This document shows positions 9,019 to 16,766 of a stretch of DNA of 64,000 nt, piece after piece. Location: the NCBI GenBank assembly GCA_041659905.1, contig JBAZXK010000002.1:30723-94722 (forward strand), given 5' to 3'. The translations under genes and the position numbers were made by a program. This DNA is from Patescibacteria group bacterium (lineage in GTDB: Bacteria; Patescibacteriota; Kazan-3B-28; UBA10110). The notes under the pieces are model-generated. The model searched no databases. It had not been told where the DNA came from and saw nothing but the letters and a program-made list of their open reading frames with translations. The stretch's first letter is position 1; every line of letters begins with the position of its first letter.

Positions 9019-10335
9019 TCAATAATCAACCTTGAATTGAAACGGACTGTATCCATCGTTGACCGTTGCTTTGAAAGCAGTGAAAATTTCCTCTCGGGCT
9101 ACTCTTGGGTCTACCTCGTAAGGATAGTCGTAAAGTATGCTCCGACGATGCCACTGGCTGTAGTCTTGATGACAAATCCATGATTTGGTTTTGTCGTAGA
9201 TCTCGGTCCCCGGGAAAGGAACTAAGTATGACACCCCTAGCTCGTAGGGCTTACATTTCTGCACTAGACGAATAGTCGCTTCGATGTCTGCCCGTGTCTC
9301 TCCGGGTATAGCTACAATCAAGCACATCCCGGTTTTTATCCCGACTTGTTTGCACAAATCGAAGGCTAACGCCACCTGTGAGTCAGTGAATCCTTTATGG
9401 AGTTCTCTCAGAATTCGATTGCTCCCCGACTCAACACCAAAACATAGTTGAGAACAACCAGCTTCTTTCATTTTCCTTAACAGCGCCAAGTCAACGCTAT
9501 CAACTCGGGTTTCGGCACTCCAGGAAATTGTTGGACCTCCTTTGACCAGCTTTTCACAAATCGACATGACTCGATCACGCTGGTAGCATAAGAAGTCGTC
9601 ACAGAGCATGATTTCGTCAACGGAGTAGCGCTGATAGAGATACTGCATTTCTCCAACCACTCGTTGTGGTGAATGCGGCCGGAAGCCTTTCCCAGAAACG
9701 CCCTTATCGCAAAAACTACATCCATAAGGGCATCCTCTGGAACTAAACATCGTGGCGATGGAAATGCCCACTTCTTTACTTAGATTTTCCAGGTATCTTT
9801 CCAACGGCAACAATTCGCGATTTGGTTCTGGAATGGCATCCAAATCTTGCGGTGGCTGGCATTTCACCATTGCCGGTCCAATCAATTTTCTTTGGCGAAT
9901 CCAATCTTCCAAAGAAACTGATGCCAACAAATCAACCAACATCACGGGAAAATTTTCGGCTTCTCCCTGGACAACCATATCTACATTATCTGCAGATAAG
10001 CCCCCATGGGTGATGGCACTAATACCGGGTCCACCAAAGATAATCATTTTCTGGGGATCATTTTCTTTGATACATCGAGCGATACGTAGCGCCTCGCCAA
10101 TTTCAGTGATAGTAGTGCTGATGCCAATGATACGAGTCCGGATGTTGTCGATACTAGCCTGGTAATCATGTTCGGCCAAGAGCTGGCCATTGATAAATGA
10201 AGTTTCCCAGCCGTTCTTTTGGAAAGCTGCTATCAAATAGAGCAATCCCAGCGGTGGATATAATCTAAATTCAATTTCCTCCGCTGGACGGGGAAAAATC
10301 AAGGTGATTTCCTTTGCTACCCACTTGGCAGTCAT
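9019..10335 (-). CDS. B12-binding domain radical SAM protein (class B radical SAM)
   Basis: N-terminal B12-binding-like Rossmann region, then the CPYGCSFC (Cx3Cx2C) radical SAM motif. 438 aa. Confidence 0.8.
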   Translation of the reverse strand: MTAKWVAKEITLIFPRPAEEIEFRLYPPLGLLYLIAAFQKNGWETSFINGQLLAEHDYQASIDNIRTRIIGISTTITEIGEALRIARCIKENDPQKMIIFGGPGISAITHGGLSADNVDMVVQGEAENFPVMLVDLLASVSLEDWIRQRKLIGPAMVKCQPPQDLDAIPEPNRELLPLERYLENLSKEVGISIATMFSSRGCPYGCSFCDKGVSGKGFRPHSPQRVVGEMQYLYQRYSVDEIMLCDDFLCYQRDRVMSICEKLVKGGPTISWSAETRVDSVDLALLRKMKEAGCSQLCFGVESGSNRILRELHKGFTDSQVALAFDLCKQVGIKTGMCLIVAIPGETRADIEATIRLVQKCKPYELGVSYLVPFPGTEIYDKTKSWICHQDYSQWHRRSILYDYPYEVDPRVAREEIFTAFKATVNDGYSPFQFKVDY

Positions 10336-10402
10336 GGTGGCCTCCTTTCAAAGAGCGAGATTAAGATAGAATATCATAACATATTAATTAATATGGTTGA
10401 TA

Positions 10403-10440
10403 CAAAAAAAAACGGATGGCCGAGAACGGCCATCCGTTGG
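10403..10440 (-). terminator. Rho-independent terminator after ABC-F gene
   Basis: Stem AACGGATGGCC / GGCCATCCGTT followed on the minus strand by U9. Confidence 0.75.
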
Positions 10441-10460
10441 AATACTCAATGGTTATTACT

Positions 10461-12104
10461 TTAAAGCATATTGATCAGTCGCTTAGCTTCCCGCTCAGCG
10501 TCAGCCAAATATGCTTCGTAGTTTTGTTGACGGTCGAGCTTACCGTCAGAAAGAACATAGGTGTCAGTGGGATTGAACTTCTGGAGAAAATATCGATCGT
10601 GTGACACCAACACAATCGTACCTTCATAGTGAGTAACTGCTTCTTCCAGTGCTTCTAGTGCTTCTATGTCCAGATGATTAGTCGGCTCATCAAGAAGCAA
10701 AGTATTCACCGATAAAGCAGAGAATAACGCCAATAGCAACCGTGATCTCCCGCCGGGAGAAAGGTTACTCACAGTCTTGCCAATTTCTTCAGGACTAAAA
10801 CCGTAATGAACAGCTAAAGCATATGCATCAGGAACTGGCAAATGACCTTTTTGCGTTAACAGATCAGAAAGGGTTGTCTCACGAGGAAGATTGTCATGTT
10901 CTTGCATTAAATTGCCTATAATCAGCGCATTGCCGACTCTCACCTCCCCCGCTAGGGGCGACAACTCCCCCCCAATTGTTTTGAGGAGAGTGGACTTGCC
11001 TGATCCATTCAAACCAAGAATCACCACTCGGCTACCGTAAGGAAAAATAGCAGATATGGGCCCGATTTGAAAACCGCTTTGGGCATATCCGGCAACCACA
11101 CCTTGCAATACTATGTCCTTGGATCCTCCGGGTTTTAATGGTCTGATATTGATGCGAAACAATTCTCGCTCGAGCGGTTTTTCAACTTTCTCCATCTGCT
11201 CAATGCGCTTTTCGATTGCCTTTGCAGCTCGACTAGAGCCGGCCGCCCGATCCCGTTTAAACCCTTGCAGAAACTTGTCGCTAGCGGAGCCGCGAAAGTT
11301 GGCACCTTTGGCCGCTTGAGCCCGTTTAGACTTAGCTGCCCCAACCAGCCGTTGAGTTTCCTCTTGTTGTGCCTCATAATCAGCTGCCTGTTTTCTGCGT
11401 TCCTTTTCTCTCCGTTCCAAATAGTCGGAATATCGACCATTAGTAACATTGAGCGAACGAGTATGCCAGTCAATTTCGAAAATCTTTCTAACCACTCGAT
11501 CAAGAAACGTGCGGTCATGAGAAACCACCAAACAAGCTGCTGGTGATCGCATCAAAAAATCTTCGAGCCAAATCAAAGCTGAGAGATCAAGGTTGTTGGT
11601 CGGCTCGTCTAATAGCAGTAAATCCGCATCGGACAATAGCACACCGGCCATCAATACCTTGCTTTTCTGACCGGATGACAATGTGTTAATCGATCGATCA
11701 TTGTCAACACCGCTCAAACCGAATCCCGCTAGGGTTATTTGCATTCGATAGTCGAAAGAATAACCTCCTCGGCTCTCGTATTCTTCAACTGCTTCTGGAG
11801 ATGTTTCAAGCTGGGCTTCCAGATCCCCAATACCCGTTACTCTACGTAAATAGTCACCAATGGTTTCGTCGGTCATCAGGCTGGTGTCCTGCGGCATATA
11901 GCCAATAGTTAGGCCCTTGCGCAAAGTGACAGTGCCGGCATCAGGCTCAACTAACCCCGCAATGATTTGCAGGAGAGTTGATTTACCCGTGCCATTACCA
12001 CCAACTAGCCCTACCTTCTGACCTTTTTCCAACGAAAACGAAATATCATTGATGACCGTAACGGTCTCGTAGGTTTTGCCAATTCGTTCAATCTTGACTT
12101 CCAT
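10461..12104 (-). CDS. ABC-F family ATPase (tandem ABC domains, no transmembrane domain; EttA/Uup/ARE-like)
   Basis: Two Walker A motifs (GGNGTGKST, GLNGSGKST) and two signature motifs (LSGGQKSKV, LSPGGRSRL) with a charged linker between them. 547 aa. Confidence 0.85.
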   Translation of the reverse strand: MEVKIERIGKTYETVTVINDISFSLEKGQKVGLVGGNGTGKSTLLQIIAGLVEPDAGTVTLRKGLTIGYMPQDTSLMTDETIGDYLRRVTGIGDLEAQLETSPEAVEEYESRGGYSFDYRMQITLAGFGLSGVDNDRSINTLSSGQKSKVLMAGVLLSDADLLLLDEPTNNLDLSALIWLEDFLMRSPAACLVVSHDRTFLDRVVRKIFEIDWHTRSLNVTNGRYSDYLERREKERRKQAADYEAQQEETQRLVGAAKSKRAQAAKGANFRGSASDKFLQGFKRDRAAGSSRAAKAIEKRIEQMEKVEKPLERELFRINIRPLKPGGSKDIVLQGVVAGYAQSGFQIGPISAIFPYGSRVVILGLNGSGKSTLLKTIGGELSPLAGEVRVGNALIIGNLMQEHDNLPRETTLSDLLTQKGHLPVPDAYALAVHYGFSPEEIGKTVSNLSPGGRSRLLLALFSALSVNTLLLDEPTNHLDIEALEALEEAVTHYEGTIVLVSHDRYFLQKFNPTDTYVLSDGKLDRQQNYEAYLADAEREAKRLINML

Positions 12105-12244
12105 GATTTCGCTCCTTTTTTATTATTTTCTCATGGAACTAAGAAAAATTTGTCAAAGCCCCATTTCCCCCTGGGGACAGAATGTTCCCATTCTTACAAT
12201 TGAGGGTAGCACAACCTGGTAGCTTTGTCCATGAATAAACACAT

Positions 12245-12278
12245 ACGGAAATCTCCCCAGATTGTGGGGAGATTCAGG
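12245..12278 (-). terminator. putative terminator after MTAP gene
   Basis: Hairpin AATCTCCCCA-GATTG-TGGGGAGATT just downstream (minus strand) of the stop at 12295. The U-tract is weak. Confidence 0.4.
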
Positions 12279-12294
12279 TTCAAATTTAACTGGG

Positions 12295-13170
12295 TCAACT
12301 TCGAGCTTTGTAATACTCCGCTATTCTGGTACCCGCACAGTTACAAGTCACCAGTTCCGTAGCATGCCCCGCCAGCCGGGAAATCAGTTTTAGTGTATTG
12401 ACAGTGTTGCTCTGGAAGATGGCTAAAACCTTCTCCATATTGCCAGGTTGCATTGATAGACTGCTAGGCACTCCTACATCGTAATCAGTTACTGATGCGA
12501 CTGCGCCATAGCAAATTCCGAGCTCGTGAGCAAAATAACATTCTGGGTACTGAGTCATATTGACTACATGCCCTCCCCACAGCATGAACATCTTGCTTTC
12601 CGCCACGGTAGAAAACCGTGGCCCTTGGATAACAACCACTGTTCCGCCAATCCGATGGGGTATTCCGCTCAACTCCAGCTCCCGCTCCATTATCCCGCTC
12701 AGGTGAGAGCAATAAGGAGCACTCATGCCAAGATGAACAACTTCAGAGTCCACCGTCGAGGTATCATCACGCCCCCAGGTAAAGTTGATGAACTGGTCTA
12801 GGATCACCAGTGTACCTGGAGCTATACTTTCCTGCAGACTACCCACCACACAAGTCGCAATAACATGGTTCGCGCCGACGGATTTTAACGCGAATAAGTT
12901 GGCCTTATAGGGCACTTTATGCGGTAGGATGGTGTGGTCTTTGCCATGCCGAGGTAAAAAAGCAATTCGACTGCCATTACAATCGCCCACACTAATTGCA
13001 GACGAAGGTTTTCCATATGGCGTGTCTACATCCACTTCTTTTTGGATATTAAACCCCGGCAGACTACATAGGCCCGATCCTCCGATGATACCGATAACTC
13101 CAGAAAGGGATTTGCCCGTTGAGAAGTTGGCATCGCCGGTTTGGCTCAAGAATTCTCCAGATGAGTCCAT
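12295..13170 (-). CDS. mtnP: 5'-methylthioadenosine / purine nucleoside phosphorylase (MTAP family)
   Basis: IGIIGGSGL N-terminal motif and PRHG...H family motifs. The ORF is open up to 13221, but the Met at 13170 (MDSSGE) is the plausible start. It overlaps the 3' end of the upstream radical SAM gene in another frame. Confidence 0.75.
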   Translation of the reverse strand: MDSSGEFLSQTGDANFSTGKSLSGVIGIIGGSGLCSLPGFNIQKEVDVDTPYGKPSSAISVGDCNGSRIAFLPRHGKDHTILPHKVPYKANLFALKSVGANHVIATCVVGSLQESIAPGTLVILDQFINFTWGRDDTSTVDSEVVHLGMSAPYCSHLSGIMERELELSGIPHRIGGTVVVIQGPRFSTVAESKMFMLWGGHVVNMTQYPECYFAHELGICYGAVASVTDYDVGVPSSLSMQPGNMEKVLAIFQSNTVNTLKLISRLAGHATELVTCNCAGTRIAEYYKARS

Positions 13171-14575
13171 GTGTAATCTCCTGGGTAAAGACAGTATTTC
13201 CTGCATCTGTAGCAGTAACACTGCCTAATAGCTCGTGTGTTCCCCATGCACATCCTCCACCATCCAACATGCCGTAATTCTTGCCAAGGATTTTACGATC
13301 ACTAATGAGAGGAACACGCTGCCTCCAAGCTTTCACTGTTTTAGTGTCAGCAATTCTGAAAGAAGCAGGCAGTTCGCTAACATGTCCCTGATCACACCGA
13401 AGAAATGGACAATTAGTTACTTGGCCATCAGGCTGAATTACCAACTGGCTGCCATAACAAGTGCAATCAATGCTAAAAGGTAGTGCTTGGCGCAAGGCCG
13501 TCAGTTTTTTCTCCAGCTGATACTCAAAAAAATCATCGCCATCGGTTTGATGTGCATCATTCCAGCCGGAAAGGACACCCTGAGCAGCGGCTAGGTAATA
13601 ACTGTCCGGATCGATCGCTAACGGAGACTCTAACAAAGCATTCCCTTTCAGTAAATTAAAGCCAAACTTGGACACGCCTAGATCTTGCAAGAATTTCGGA
13701 TACTCGTCCAGGATGGCGATATTCTCTGCATTAATGATCACCGATGCTACAACCTTTACTCGGTTAGCCGTCAGGATTTTGATTGCCTGGGCAATTCCGG
13801 CAAAAGTTGGTTCCCCGGCAGAGGTCCGCCTTGATTTGTTATTGATTGCAGAAGGACCGTCAATGCCGACTGCTACCATAACCTTATGGTCCGCTAACAG
13901 CTTGACTAGCTCCTCATCGATCAATATGCCATTAGTACATAACATTAGCTCCAAATTCTGGGGTAGCCTTCCCAGAGCCTTCTCTGCTTCCACAAAAGGC
14001 AAAACCTTCTCGAACACTGGGCGGTTCAATAGAGGTTCTCCTCCGTAGAAAACTAGAAAGAAGGGCTCACTGTCTTCACCTGAAAAGTCCTCGATATGTT
14101 TCTCCCATAATTGGATCCCGGCAACTGCATCGTCCCAAGACAATTTACTGTCACCGTATTGTTTTGCCAATTTGGGGATCGGACAATATCCGCAGGCAAA
14201 GTTACAGTTCTGTGCCAACATTAAATACAGGATGGTTGGCCGATCTAAGAGCTGGATTGCCCATTTCTGGGCAACTTCCAACTCTTGCTGGTCGATCTCC
14301 GATGATGCTATCAACATCTTTTTCTCGCATAGTTCAACGACTAGATCATTCAAGCAGAGATTACCCGGCAACCTGCCATCCATGGCATTCCAAACTGTGG
14401 TTGGCAAATACACAGGCTCCGGATGTAATTGATGGAAAAGTGCTGATATTCCATCCTGCTCCAAATGACAAAGAAATCGAGATTCCTGGAAAAACTGATC
14501 CATAATTATCCCTTCTTTCTGAAGAAAAAGCCCCCGTGTCCAAACGGGGGCTACATGTGGTCTCACTGTACGCAA
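13064..14575 (-). CDS. radical SAM/SPASM-domain enzyme with N-terminal RRE-like extension (peptide-maturase-like)
   Basis: CNFACGYC (Cx3Cx2C) about 100 aa into the protein. C-terminal Cys-rich SPASM-like region (CTCYG...NCPFLRC...DGGGCAWG). The N-terminal ~95 aa contain a PqqD-like motif TVWNAMDG..LNDLVVEL. The alternative start MDQFF is at 14503. Confidence 0.8.
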   Translation of the reverse strand: MRTVRPHVAPVWTRGLFLQKEGIIMDQFFQESRFLCHLEQDGISALFHQLHPEPVYLPTTVWNAMDGRLPGNLCLNDLVVELCEKKMLIASSEIDQQELEVAQKWAIQLLDRPTILYLMLAQNCNFACGYCPIPKLAKQYGDSKLSWDDAVAGIQLWEKHIEDFSGEDSEPFFLVFYGGEPLLNRPVFEKVLPFVEAEKALGRLPQNLELMLCTNGILIDEELVKLLADHKVMVAVGIDGPSAINNKSRRTSAGEPTFAGIAQAIKILTANRVKVVASVIINAENIAILDEYPKFLQDLGVSKFGFNLLKGNALLESPLAIDPDSYYLAAAQGVLSGWNDAHQTDGDDFFEYQLEKKLTALRQALPFSIDCTCYGSQLVIQPDGQVTNCPFLRCDQGHVSELPASFRIADTKTVKAWRQRVPLISDRKILGKNYGMLDGGGCAWGTHELLGSVTATDAGNTVFTQEITHGLIWRILEPNRRCQLLNGQIPFWSYRYHRRIGPM

Positions 14576-14592
14576 AAGCGAATTGCGGTCGG

Positions 14593-14769
14593 TTACTCTC
14601 TTACCTTTTCGGCCGCTTCGAGCAACTGCTCCTTGGTCAACTTGACCTGGTTGCCATCATCGTCAGTGATCTTCACGTTGCCTTCGCGCTTGTTGACTTC
14701 CACGGTGGGGCAACAGCCTTTAACACCGCAGAGTTTGTAGCGCTTAATGTCCTCATTATTGGGCATCAT
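14593..14769 (-). CDS. small Cys-containing protein, candidate RiPP precursor or small metal-binding protein (not in the ORF track because it is under 60 aa)
   Basis: ATGATG start preceded by AAGGAGG 5 nt upstream. Translation is MMPNNEDIKRYKLCGVKGCCPTVEVNKREGNVKITDDDGNQVKLTKEQLLEAAEKVRE (58 aa, Cys at 14, 19 and 20). Its stop lies 18 nt upstream of the radical SAM ORF. Confidence 0.5.
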   Translation of the reverse strand: MMPNNEDIKRYKLCGVKGCCPTVEVNKREGNVKITDDDGNQVKLTKEQLLEAAEKVRE

Positions 14770-14992
14770 TGGCCCTCCTTTTTCATGAATTTGAGGTCAA
14801 AGATCATGCAGAACTACTTCTGCTTAACCCAAACTTACCTCATTAAACAGAATTAGTCCATATGACGGTCTCTACAGGCACAAATGAGACAATGGCAAGG
14901 GGATATGAAAATATCTCATATATGGCCTAATAATCAGTCTAATAGTCAAATCAACCAAGATAGGCACCTCGGTCATTTGATTCGTTTTTATT

Positions 14993-15275
14993 TGGCTCCG
15001 GGGGAGGGATTCGAACCCACGACCAATTGATTACACAAATCCATAATTTTCATTATGGCGTGGACTATATCTTTACCATGCCTCATTTGGAGAGGTTTAG
15101 GCATCTCGGTATCTAGTCTCTACGGCGCCCTCAATTTTAAATTGAGGTTCCCACGGTGTTAACATATCTCACGACTTAGTCTTCACCGTTATCCCAAGAT
15201 GTTCACTTTGGCGTTTCCACCAAAGGCTGCGTTTTATGATCACAGTCAACTGCTCTACCGCTGAGCTACCCCGGA
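14993..15275 (-). tRNA. tRNA-Asn (anticodon GUU) interrupted by a 208-nt group I intron
   Basis: The 5' exon is 15275..15242 (UCCGGGGUAGCUCAGCGGUAGAGCAGUUGACUGU). The 3' exon is 15033..14993 (UAAUCAAUUGGUCGUGGGUUCGAAUCCCUCCCCCGGAGCCA). Joined, they give a 75-nt cloverleaf with anticodon loop CUGUUAA, a U1:A72 pair and a G73 discriminator, as in bacterial tRNA-Asn. Confidence 0.8.
15034..15241 (-). ncRNA. group I self-splicing intron (ORF-less) in tRNA-Asn anticodon loop
   Basis: The 5' exon ends in U, which can pair as U.G with a GCAG guide sequence about 12 nt into the intron. There is a P2 hairpin CUUUGG...CCAAAG. GUAGAGACUAGA and AAGAUAUAGUCC elements are present, and the intron ends in G. 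Confidence 0.75.
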
Positions 15276-15305
15276 TTGTCAAATTACTTACCTATATATT
15301 CTAAC

Positions 15306-16751
15306 CTATTCGAGATAATCCTTTAATTTCTTAGAATCTTTAGATTTTTTGAGTTTCGCGAGGGCTTTGGCTTCGATCTGGCGAATGCGCTCGCGCGTTA
15401 CTCCAAATTCATGCCCGACTTCTTCTAAAGTATGTGCCCACTCCCCGTCTAAGCCAAAGCGCATCTTTAATATTTTCTGTTCCCGCGGGGTAAGTAGATG
15501 CAACACACTACCTATATCTGACTTCAATAAATCTTGGGCGGATTGTTCATCTGGCGTTAAACTATCTTCATCTTTGATAAAATCGCCCAGCAGGCTATCG
15601 TCTTCATCACCGACAGATTTCTCTAACGACACGGTTTCCTGTGAAATTTTAAGGATGTGGTTAACCTTTTCTAATTCAATCCCCATTTCGTTGGCAATTT
15701 CCTCAGGTGAAGGCGGCCGACCCAACTCTTGCACCATCTGCCGCTGAGTGCGTGCCAAGCGATTCATCGTTTCGACCATATGCACCGGAATCCGGATAGT
15801 GCGGGCTTGGTCTGCGATCGCCCGGGTAATGGCCTGTTTAATCCACCAGGTCGCATAAGTAGAGAATTTAAACCCGCGTTTGTAGTCGAATTTATCTACC
15901 GCTTTCATCAAACCGATATTGCCTTCCTGGATTAAATCCAGGAGCGACAATCCCCGGCCGATATATTTCTTAGCAATACTTACAACTAACCGCAAGTTGG
16001 CTTCGGCTAAGGCTTTGGCAGCCATCGTGTCGCCAGCTGCCACCCGTTTAGCTAAAGCCACTTCTTCCGGCTTCTTCAATAAGGCGATCTGCCCAATTTC
16101 CTTCAAATACATCCGCACCGAATCTTCGCCAATCGCTTCGGTGGATTCTTCTTCGCTCAATCCTTTTTTGACCGGTTTTTTACTCTTGCGGACTTTCTTA
16201 GTTTCTACATCCGAAGCTCCGGATTGCCAAATCAGATCCTCGCGCAAATCTACCACTTCTATCCCTAAATCTAAGAAGGATTCGTACAGCTTATCCAGTA
16301 GCTCGATGTTATTTTCGGCATCAGGAACTGCTTGATTTAATTCCTGCTGCGTAACAAAATTTTGGTCTTGCGCTTTCAGTAATAAATATTCGATCTCTGG
16401 CGGAAAATTGTACTTTTTTAGTTTATCCTTAAAACTTTGAACTTCTTCTATCTCGTCTTCCAGTTGTAATTCCGGCTCCTGTTGTTCTACGACTGGAATA
16501 ACTAGTTCTTCGATTTTTTTTATTTTCTTTTTTGGTTTAATTACTGCTTTGACAGGTTTCTTGGCTGCTTTTTTGGCCGCTGGTTTTGCGCGGTGCGGGG
16601 CCTTCACCGCTTTCTTCAATTTATGAGCCGTTTTTTTCACCGGCTTAGTTGCCTTTTTGGCAAATTTAGCCTTCTTTCTTGAAGGCATAGTGGTTTTTCT
16701 CTGCTTAGCTTTTGCCGAAGCAGACTTCTTGGCTGATTGTTTCTTCGCCAT
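15306..16751 (-). CDS. rpoD: RNA polymerase sigma-70 factor (primary sigma)
   Basis: Regions 2-4 are conserved ([63 protein letters not shown]). N-terminus is K-rich. Confidence 0.9.
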   Translation of the reverse strand: MAKKQSAKKSASAKAKQRKTTMPSRKKAKFAKKATKPVKKTAHKLKKAVKAPHRAKPAAKKAAKKPVKAVIKPKKKIKKIEELVIPVVEQQEPELQLEDEIEEVQSFKDKLKKYNFPPEIEYLLLKAQDQNFVTQQELNQAVPDAENNIELLDKLYESFLDLGIEVVDLREDLIWQSGASDVETKKVRKSKKPVKKGLSEEESTEAIGEDSVRMYLKEIGQIALLKKPEEVALAKRVAAGDTMAAKALAEANLRLVVSIAKKYIGRGLSLLDLIQEGNIGLMKAVDKFDYKRGFKFSTYATWWIKQAITRAIADQARTIRIPVHMVETMNRLARTQRQMVQELGRPPSPEEIANEMGIELEKVNHILKISQETVSLEKSVGDEDDSLLGDFIKDEDSLTPDEQSAQDLLKSDIGSVLHLLTPREQKILKMRFGLDGEWAHTLEEVGHEFGVTRERIRQIEAKALAKLKKSKDSKKLKDYLE

Positions 16752-16766
16752 ATAAAAATAAAATAA

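Noticed and set aside
9752-10165. Antisense ORFs inside long genes (for example 9752..10165, 3793..4227, 37320..37580, 52274..52654 and similar ORF-track entries)
   Set aside because: They are embedded opposite well-supported conserved genes (radical SAM, PQQ dehydrogenase, dnaE, SpoIID). They have no ribosome-binding site and low-complexity translations, so they are spurious.
13171-13221. N-terminal 17-codon extension of the MTAP ORF (MLLLQMQEILSLPRRLH)
   Set aside because: It extends deep into the upstream radical SAM gene, and MTAP homologues start about 10-30 aa before the GGSGL motif. The Met at 13170 is more plausible, though an alternative start codon cannot be excluded.
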